Made by a program: the position numbers and the translations under genes
In this document: piece by piece, positions 52,419-62,019 of the stretch
How positions within the stretch are numbered: the stretch's first letter is position 1
How the letters are laid out: every line of letters starts with the position of its first letter
Notes under the pieces: generated by a model
What the model was told of the DNA's origin: nothing
The model's input: only the letters and a program-made list of their open reading frames with translations
The model's database searches: none
NCBI GenBank assembly: GCA_029265075.1
Contig: JAJUJZ010000003.1
Location: 1 to 62,019 of the forward strand
Direction of reading: 5' to 3'
Source: Gammaproteobacteria bacterium
Lineage (GTDB): Bacteria; Pseudomonadota; Gammaproteobacteria; Pseudomonadales; CAMLJR01
Length of the DNA: 62,019 nucleotides

Positions 52419-52440
52419 GCGATCTTTACCGTAAGATCGC
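52419..52440. promoter_or_regulatory. Perfect inverted repeat GCGATCTT-N6-AAGATCGC
   Basis: Lies 48 nt upstream of the 52488 ATG, in a divergent intergenic region. Confidence 0.3.
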
Positions 52441-52487
52441 TGTCACAGCCGTTGAGCGTTGCCGGTCGAATTTCGGGAGGAACCTGA

Positions 52488-52820
52488 ATGCACGCGGAAC
52501 TGCCCACTGAGCTGCCCAGCTTCGACACGCTCCGTCATCTGGCCGAGCACGATCCGGAACAGCTGGAGACGCTGCGCCATCACCTGGCCGAGCAGCTGAT
52601 TGCCGGCGCCTCCACACCGCAATTGCAGGCCCGCCTGCGCGGCCTCCAGTTTGAAATTGACATGCGCGTCCGCCTCGCCCCTAACCCCATCGCCGCCTGC
52701 ATCACCGTATCGCAGATGATGCATCGCTCGCTGGAGCAGCTGCAGCGCACCCTCAACGGTGATCACTGGCAGGTACCGCCCGCCGAGGCGACGATTATTC
52801 CGCTACCGACCCGTCACTGA
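52488..52820 (+). CDS. DUF3135-like small protein
   Basis: LPSFDTLRHLAEHDPEQLETLR N-terminus resembles DUF3135 family members. GGGAGG SD. Confidence 0.55.
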   Translation: MHAELPTELPSFDTLRHLAEHDPEQLETLRHHLAEQLIAGASTPQLQARLRGLQFEIDMRVRLAPNPIAACITVSQMMHRSLEQLQRTLNGDHWQVPPAEATIIPLPTRH

Positions 52821-52833
52821 GCAGCACCGCCGC

Positions 52834-53145
52834 TCACACGTCGAGCGTGCGCCACACCTGGTACGCCGGCTTTTCATAGGGGTGGGCCGCCTTCAGCGCT
52901 GCTACTGCCTGTTCGACGAGATGATCCTCGCACACCAGCTCGACTTTCCACTCATCGACCTGCTCCAGTTTGCCGGTGTCACCCACGTAGGGATCCGAGC
53001 CCGGCAGCGGCCGGAACTGGCCCTTGCCGAGGGTCTGCCAGCAGCACGCTTCATAGTCGCCGATGCGGCCTGCACCCGTCGCAAAAATGGCTTCCTTGAC
53101 CTTCTCCAGATGACTCTCCGGTACGTAGAACACAAGCTGATGCAT
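52834..53145 (-). CDS. Small NIF3-related / PII-like fold protein (COG3323-type)
   Basis: MHQLVFYVPESHLEKVKEAIFATGAGRIGDY... pattern typical of this roughly 100-aa family. The family name is from memory only. Confidence 0.5.
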   Translation of the reverse strand: MHQLVFYVPESHLEKVKEAIFATGAGRIGDYEACCWQTLGKGQFRPLPGSDPYVGDTGKLEQVDEWKVELVCEDHLVEQAVAALKAAHPYEKPAYQVWRTLDV

Positions 53146-53175
53146 GACGCCTCCATAACCCGGGGTGACTGTGGT

Positions 53176-56473
<3,298 letters not shown>

Positions 56474-56586
56474 CGAGAGACCGGCGAAGTTCTGGCAGGA
56501 GTGGGAAGGCGGCAAGAGTATAGGAAATGACCAGCAATATGAAGAAACGGGGCGGCCTGGTTCCTTTCGGGCGCCGCCGATTTCGG

Positions 56587-56614
56587 TTGACCGGCCATCT
56601 CGCACCGCTATAAT
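56587..56614 (+). promoter_or_regulatory. Sigma70 promoter TTGACC-N16-TATAAT for tRNA-Leu
   Basis: Near-consensus hexamers. The -10 ends 15 nt before the mature tRNA 5' end. Confidence 0.6.
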
Positions 56615-56629
56615 CCGCTCTTCCCCGCC

Positions 56630-56716
56630 GCCCGGGTGGCGAAATTGGTAGACGCAGCGGATTCAAAATCCGCCGCTGGCGACAGCATGACGGTTCGAGT
56701 CCGTCCCCGGGCACCA
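56630..56716 (+). tRNA. tRNA-Leu (anticodon CAA), type II with long variable arm, CCA encoded
   Basis: Acceptor GCCCGGG/CCCGGGC, anticodon arm GCGGA-TTCAAAA-TCCGC, T-arm GACGG-TTCGAGT-CCGTC, and a 3' ACCA. Confidence 0.93.
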
Positions 56717-56832
56717 CGCCATTTGCAGAGTAGCAAGTTCCGCTCCAGCACCCTCGCTCTTGCTCAGTCCAGCCAATATTTCGGCAACGCTCTACCAGCA
56801 GTGTCCGCGAGCCCTGTCAGCCGAAGCGCTCG

Positions 56833-58521
56833 CTACACCCTCATGGTAGGGAGGCCGCGCAGAATGTCGCGATCCTTGCCTCGATAGTCATTCACGAGCT
56901 GAGTTTTCCAGTCGAACTGCAGCGCGGGACGCTCCGCCCGGCTGAACGGTTTCCAGGCGGGAATCGTTGGGTTGTGCGGGCGCCCATGCCTCGCGAAGTT
57001 AACCCAGCAGCTGCGCATCTGGTAACCCACCGCCCGGGCCGCAGGTGTGTCCTGCACGATGGAAGGTGCCTCGGAAATAGTGCCAAAAATGAGTGGTAAT
57101 TCCACACTATGGGGGCTGCCCCAGCGGCCACCATCAACCGGCGTTGAGAACGCGACTTCATACATATAAACGGGCGCGCCACCGAAATCCGATTTGCGAT
57201 CGGCGATATCAATGGCGTTGAGAATCGTCCAGATATCGGAAGCGAATCTGAAAAAGATCTGGCTGGCGGTTTCGTCAGGATACGCCTTGCGAAACGCAGC
57301 AATTTGCGCTGCCACGCGTGCCTCGTCAGCATATTCGGGATTTACGTTCCGTGCGTACCACTCTGCCCATTTCCGCGGCAGCGTGTTCCAGGTGAGCTCG
57401 AACGCTTCTGCATCCTGACAGAAGGATGTCGCCTCATCGCGTGTAGAACCTATCATCAGCGGGACCTGGGCGGAGAGCTCCAGCGCACCTGGCGAGAACG
57501 GATCAAACGGGATGTGATTGCCATTCCTTACGGGTGTAAAGCCGCGCTTGAACCGCGCCGGCATGAGCGCCCATGCGGAAATAATCGATTCCGCGGGAAG
57601 TCCCTGAAGCTCAGCGATCTGACTTGACTTCAGCCCTAAGCGGGCCATCAGCTCGACCGCCGCTTCGGTTGCGAGCTCCGGCGACGCGCATTCGATGTAT
57701 GAGCCACTCTGACAGATGGCCTTGTGGAACAACCCCTGGGCGCCCGGCATCGCCATCAATGTACAGACCTTAGCACCTCCCCCAGACTGCCCGAAGATGG
57801 TGACATTGGCCGGATCTCCTCCGAAGCGGGCAATGTTATCTCGCACCCATTCCAACGCAGCGATCTGATCCAGCTGTCCCGCATTGGCCGCCCCCTGACA
57901 GGTGCTATCCACACCCTCCAGATAGAAATAACCCAGGGCTGACAAGCGGTGATTGATCGATACCACCACTACATCACCAAAGCGGGCAAGGTTGTGTCCC
58001 AGGGTTGGCGGCTCAGCCCCAGCTCCAGTAGCAAACCCACCAGGATGTAGCCACACCATCACCGGCCGTTTCCGCTCATCCACTCCCGGCGTCCAGATGT
58101 TCAGCGTCAGACAGTTTTCCGATTCGGGCTCGGTCGCCTCGAATGAACTCCAGATGTTGTAATCCGGCGCGCGGACAGCCGGCTCAGGTCTGACAGCAGG
58201 CGTCTGAGGCGCCCGATCGCTCAGCGCAACGACTGATCGGACACCGGTCCAGGCCCGCGGAGGACGCGGTGGCATAAATCGGTTTTCCCCACCAGTGTCC
58301 TCGCCATACGGAACACCAAGAAACTGGGCGACACCGTGTTGAATAACTCCCTGTATCAAACCGTAATTCGTCTCGATAATGGGCCACAGTGAGGCCGCCC
58401 TCCCCACCATTGGTGCCAGCAGCGAGAGGCTCAGCGCTGACAGCATCAATGACCGGCGAGTTATTCCTCCGGCCTCAGGACATGACATGCGAGAAGGTTC
58501 GACATTAGCATCGGCCTTCAT
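56833..58521 (-). CDS. Type-B carboxylesterase/lipase-family secreted esterase (Tat-like signal)
   Basis: RRSLMLSALSLSLLAP signal, ENCLTLNIWTP and nucleophile elbow GQSGGG. Confidence 0.88.
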   Translation of the reverse strand: MKADANVEPSRMSCPEAGGITRRSLMLSALSLSLLAPMVGRAASLWPIIETNYGLIQGVIQHGVAQFLGVPYGEDTGGENRFMPPRPPRAWTGVRSVVALSDRAPQTPAVRPEPAVRAPDYNIWSSFEATEPESENCLTLNIWTPGVDERKRPVMVWLHPGGFATGAGAEPPTLGHNLARFGDVVVVSINHRLSALGYFYLEGVDSTCQGAANAGQLDQIAALEWVRDNIARFGGDPANVTIFGQSGGGAKVCTLMAMPGAQGLFHKAICQSGSYIECASPELATEAAVELMARLGLKSSQIAELQGLPAESIISAWALMPARFKRGFTPVRNGNHIPFDPFSPGALELSAQVPLMIGSTRDEATSFCQDAEAFELTWNTLPRKWAEWYARNVNPEYADEARVAAQIAAFRKAYPDETASQIFFRFASDIWTILNAIDIADRKSDFGGAPVYMYEVAFSTPVDGGRWGSPHSVELPLIFGTISEAPSIVQDTPAARAVGYQMRSCWVNFARHGRPHNPTIPAWKPFSRAERPALQFDWKTQLVNDYRGKDRDILRGLPTMRV

Positions 58522-58615
58522 TCCTTATCCCTCCGCCCTTATCCCTCCGAGGCTTTTAACGCACCATACGCCACTTGATCATGATTACAAACTATTGACA
58601 AAAAACACCAAAATC

Positions 58616-58936
58616 TTACTCATCGGTTCGCGTTATAACGACCACAAAGCGCCCATCTGCAGCCTTCATATCAGGGCGGCACGGAAAGACCTCTGCCGGT
58701 GCAAGGCCCGGCCAGACTCCGGCGCTCAGCCTGGTTGCGCTGAACCGCTCCCAGCGTCCTGGAGGCCCAGTAAATTCAATTCCTTCGCCGGGTGGCGACG
58801 AGCAATCGTCAGCCGCCGACAGATAGAAATGAGAGTAGCCGAAGGCCCCCGGGGCGACGGGAACGGCTCGTTTCGGGTGGCACTTGCTGCTCTGAGCGGC
58901 TGTGGCCCGCGGGGGGTTCAGGTGTTTAACCAGCAT
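58616..58936 (-). CDS. Hypothetical protein (weak call)
   Basis: Open frame in the esterase/amidohydrolase gap. No family and no clear SD. Longer starts would overlap the amidohydrolase gene. Confidence 0.2.
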   Translation of the reverse strand: MLVKHLNPPRATAAQSSKCHPKRAVPVAPGAFGYSHFYLSAADDCSSPPGEGIEFTGPPGRWERFSATRLSAGVWPGLAPAEVFPCRPDMKAADGRFVVVITRTDE

Positions 58937-58964
58937 GGAACCTATAACAGCGAGGAGACCACTC

Positions 58965-60161
58965 GTGACAAAGATTTTCCAATTTATTGTAGTCGTGGCC
59001 ATGCTTTCGCCCCTGGTGGCGAGAGCAGAAATCGCCATTCGTACCTCATTGCTCTTTGACGGTACAGACCAGCTTCTTGAAAATCGGGACATCGTGGTCG
59101 ATGGCGATCGCATTACGCGAATTACGCCTCATGGCGACCACTTCGACATCGACCTTCGCGGATTTACGGTCACTCCCGGCTGGATCGATGCTCATAGTCA
59201 TATCGCAGCTCGCATCGATGGCGAGGGCAATTATCCTCCGCCCAACCAGCTTGGCAACGAAACGCGCGACGAAGCATTGCTCGCGGTTGCGGTGAATGCA
59301 TGGCGTACACTTCACGCAGGATTCACTACCATTCAGAGTCCGGGAGATCGCCTCGACGGCCCCATCAAACAAGCAGTCGAGAACGCCGGCTTTCCTGGTC
59401 CGCGCATACTTACTTCGCTCGACATCTTGCAGGCAGCCACCGCAGGTTCTCAACAGGAGGTGCGGCGCTATGTCGAACAAATGGAGGCCGCCGGCGCAGA
59501 TTTCATCAAACTGTTTGCCGACAGCCACGGCGAACTTAGCAAAGAGCAGTTAGCAGCCGCATGCGATGAGGCCCGCAAACGGGGTATGAGAGTACTGGTT
59601 CATGCCTGGGGCATCGAAGCTGCACGCCGGGCTGTTGCCGGAAGGTGTACGACGATCGAACACGGCACCGAGCTTGATGCAAGCATACTGAGCGAAATGA
59701 CAAAGCATGGCATCTATTACAGCCCCAGCCTGGACGTCCCGGTCCATTACGCCAGACGCACTGCCGAGCTGCCTGATCCAGCCGTTTATACTTCCTCCGA
59801 CCGGACAAAGATGCCGCAGGAGTATCTCGATTACGTGGCAACCTTCCGCCAGGCACTCGCGAGCGGCGTACCTATTATCTTTGCCAGTGATGCTGTAGCG
59901 GACACTCACGGCAGGAATGCCGACGAATTCGTATGGCGTGTCCTTGACGGCGGCCAGCCGCCGATGGCTGCAATCGCCAGCGCGACGTCGGTTGCTGCCA
60001 CCGCACTCGGCCTGGGCGATGAAATCGGTCGGCTTGCTCCCGGTTACGTCGCGGATATCGTTGCAGTCTCGGGCGACCTCTTCGCTGATATTCGGCGCGT
60101 TACAAAGGTTAAATTTGTGATGAAGGCTGGCAAGGTAATCCGTAACGAATCTAACAATTAA
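58965..60161 (+). CDS. Secreted metal-dependent amidohydrolase-family protein
   Basis: GTG start after GAGGAG. Signal peptide VTKIFQFIVVVAMLSPLVARA. HxH motif GWIDAHSHI and C-terminal GRLAPGYVADIV. The ORF-track start is 58902. Confidence 0.85.
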   Translation: MTKIFQFIVVVAMLSPLVARAEIAIRTSLLFDGTDQLLENRDIVVDGDRITRITPHGDHFDIDLRGFTVTPGWIDAHSHIAARIDGEGNYPPPNQLGNETRDEALLAVAVNAWRTLHAGFTTIQSPGDRLDGPIKQAVENAGFPGPRILTSLDILQAATAGSQQEVRRYVEQMEAAGADFIKLFADSHGELSKEQLAAACDEARKRGMRVLVHAWGIEAARRAVAGRCTTIEHGTELDASILSEMTKHGIYYSPSLDVPVHYARRTAELPDPAVYTSSDRTKMPQEYLDYVATFRQALASGVPIIFASDAVADTHGRNADEFVWRVLDGGQPPMAAIASATSVAATALGLGDEIGRLAPGYVADIVAVSGDLFADIRRVTKVKFVMKAGKVIRNESNN

Positions 60162-60297
60162 CCATCGACAGGCTGGAAGAATCTATCTATTCCGCGACGC
60201 CAGCTGGCACTTCCTTGTCCGACTGGCGCTGCCGAACCCAACAACCCGTCGAGCGTAGCGATGAACGGCTTCCCGACTTCGCGCGCTGTCACTGCCT

Positions 60298-61332
60298 TCA
60301 CGCCATCGGCGCAATACCCACTGCGCGGCGCAGTGCACTCACCCGCTCGGCGGCTTCGGCGCGCGCCTTTTCCGCGCCTTTGCGCAGAATTTCTTCAATG
60401 ATGCCGGGATTGGCCATCAGCTCTTCGTAGCGCGCTCGCGCCGGCGCGATTTGCTCGTTGATCAGCTGGAACAGCTCTTTCTTGGCCTGGCCCCAGGCGA
60501 TGCCGGCAGCGAACTGTTCACGCATCCAGGCGGTCTGTTCCGGCGTTGCAAATGCCTGCCAGATCTGGAACACGGCTGAGTCGTTCGGGTCCTTCGGCTC
60601 TCCCGGTTCCAGCAGGTTGGTCTTGATCTTGTTGATCAGTTTCTGCAGCTGCTTTTCCGGGACAAACAGCGGAATGGTGTTGCCGTAGCTCTTGCTCATC
60701 TTGCGGCCGTCGAGCCCCTGCAGCACCGCTGTTTCACTCGCCACCACCGCCTCTGGCAGAACGAAATGCTCACCATAGATATGGTTGAAACGCTGGCCGA
60801 TGTCACGCGCCATCTCGATGTGCTGGATCTGGTCGCGGCCCACCGGAATATGGGTGGCATTAAAGATGAGGATGTCGGCGGCCATCAGGATGGGATAGCT
60901 GAACAGCCCCATGGTAATGCCGAAGTCAGGATCCTCGCCCTGCTCGGTATTCTTCTGCACTGCATCCTTGTAGGCATGCGCACGGTTCATGAGCCCCTTG
61001 GCGGTGACACAGGTGATCAGCCAGGTCAGCTCGGTGACTTCGGGGATATCGGACTGCCGGTAGAAGACGGCATGATCGGTATCGAGCCCAAGTGCCAGCC
61101 AGGTAGCGGCGATCTCCCGGGTCGACTGATGCACCTGCTGCGGATCCTGGCATTTGATCAGCGCGTGATAATCCGCCAGGAAAAAGTAGGCGTCGGCACT
61201 GCGATCGCGTGAAGCGGCGATAGCCGGCCGGATCGCGCCCACGTAGTTGCCCAGATGCGGGGTACCAGTGGTAGTGATGCCCGTCAGCACCCGCCGTCTG
61301 CTGTTTGCGCCCGTTTGCTCAGCCTGACTCAT
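60298..61332 (-). CDS. trpS: Tryptophanyl-tRNA synthetase
   Basis: Class I HIGH-type TPHLGNY and KMSKS motifs. 344 aa. Confidence 0.93.
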   Translation of the reverse strand: MSQAEQTGANSRRRVLTGITTTGTPHLGNYVGAIRPAIAASRDRSADAYFFLADYHALIKCQDPQQVHQSTREIAATWLALGLDTDHAVFYRQSDIPEVTELTWLITCVTAKGLMNRAHAYKDAVQKNTEQGEDPDFGITMGLFSYPILMAADILIFNATHIPVGRDQIQHIEMARDIGQRFNHIYGEHFVLPEAVVASETAVLQGLDGRKMSKSYGNTIPLFVPEKQLQKLINKIKTNLLEPGEPKDPNDSAVFQIWQAFATPEQTAWMREQFAAGIAWGQAKKELFQLINEQIAPARARYEELMANPGIIEEILRKGAEKARAEAAERVSALRRAVGIAPMA

Positions 61333-61410
61333 GCCCGCTCCACTCTTTAAAAAGCCGCCAATGATAAAGCCTCACCCGCGGTGAGGCCATCGGTTGCCGG
61401 ATACCCCGCG

Positions 61411-62019
61411 TCAATGAGAGAAGAAGTGACGCAGCACCCGGAACAGGTAGTCGATGTCATGGACACCCGCCGTTTCGCGGATCGAGTGCATAGCCCATTG
61501 CGGCGCGCCGACATCTACCGTATCCACGCCCAGCTCGGTCGCCGCGATCGGCCCGATGGTGCTGCCACACCCCATATCGCTGCGCACCACAAAGCTCTGC
61601 ACCGGCACATCCATTGCGCGACAGAGCTGCCGGAAGCGCGCAGCGGTCTCGCTGTTGGTGGCATAACGCTGATTGGCGTTGATCTTGATGACCGGACCGC
61701 GATTGATCAGCGGCCCGGTCGGCGCATCGTATTTGTCGGGATAGTTGGGGTGCAGCGCGTGGGCATTGTCACAGGAGACCAGGAACGACTGTGCCAGCAT
61801 TCGCGCGTACGCTTCGTCGTCACCGGCGATACGGCGCAGCACCGCCTGCATCAGCGTACCGGCCGCGCCGGGTACCGAGGCGCTGCCTACCTCCTCATGG
61901 TCGGTCAGCACAATCATCGCGGCCCGGCTGCCATCAGCCTGCAGCAGCGCCTGCAAACCGACGTAGCAGGAGAGCAGGTTGTCGAGTCGGGCACTGCTGA
62001 TCAGTTCGCCTGCCAGGCC
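61411..62019 (-). CDS. apeB: M18-family aminopeptidase, C-terminal part (gene runs off the window)
   Basis: [18 protein letters not shown] and MHSIRE motifs. The frame stays open to position 62019. Confidence 0.85.
   Translation of the reverse strand, partial: GLAGELISSARLDNLLSCYVGLQALLQADGSRAAMIVLTDHEEVGSASVPGAAGTLMQAVLRRIAGDDEAYARMLAQSFLVSCDNAHALHPNYPDKYDAPTGPLINRGPVIKINANQRYATNSETAARFRQLCRAMDVPVQSFVVRSDMGCGSTIGPIAATELGVDTVDVGAPQWAMHSIRETAGVHDIDYLFRVLRHFFSH

Larger units (their letters stand above)
56717..60200. other. Lower-GC (about 48-55%) islet adjacent to tRNA-Leu carrying two hydrolase genes
   Basis: Hand counts of 60-nt lines give 48-50% GC here versus about 63% in the core. The intergenic stretch around 58560-58620 is about 37% GC. 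No integrase or direct repeat found. Confidence 0.4.

Noticed and set aside
58935-59113. Longer versions of the minus-strand ORF 58616..59113, and the plus-strand start at 58902/58935 for the amidohydrolase. Both share a CATG at 58934-58937.
   Set aside because: The longer forms would make the two genes overlap head-to-head. GTG 58965, preceded by GAGGAG, yields a clean signal peptide for the amidohydrolase. The minus ORF has no family or SD and is kept only at low confidence.
56717-60200. A classic integrative genomic island or prophage remnant at tRNA-Leu.
   Set aside because: No integrase, excisionase or transposase gene is present. I could find no direct repeat of the tRNA 3' end near 60.1-60.3 kb. 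Only the compositional shift supports foreign origin.

Overview
GC-rich (~63-66%) gammaproteobacterial chromosome segment, mostly core genome. Conserved blocks on the minus strand include xerD-dsbC-hom-thrC-recJ, prfB-lysS, rpsP-rimM-trmD-rplS, ffh, queA-tgt, efp-earP, fpr, nfo and trpS. About 55 CDS and one tRNA-Leu(CAA) are supported. Many ORF-track entries are over-extended at the 5' end or are antisense shadow ORFs typical of GC-rich DNA, so I trimmed or rejected them. The best candidate for an unusual system is a three-gene SMC/kleisin operon at 6719-12543. It resembles MksF-MksE-MksB or Wadjet JetABC but has no JetD/MksG nuclease gene, and it is followed by a second FtsH-type protease. 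The family itself is already described, so novelty depends on HMM and orthology checks I cannot run. Other points of interest: (1) a ligM-metF-purU-folD operon for tetrahydrofolate-dependent aromatic O-demethylation, preceded by a ~400-nt structured leader; (2) an RlmN/Cfr-family radical SAM gene translationally coupled to tgt; (3) an orphan Ku gene; (4) two tandem acidic repeat lipoproteins; (5) a lower-GC islet downstream of tRNA-Leu; (6) several perfect palindromes in divergent promoter regions. No CRISPR array, transposase, phage integrase or rRNA gene was seen.
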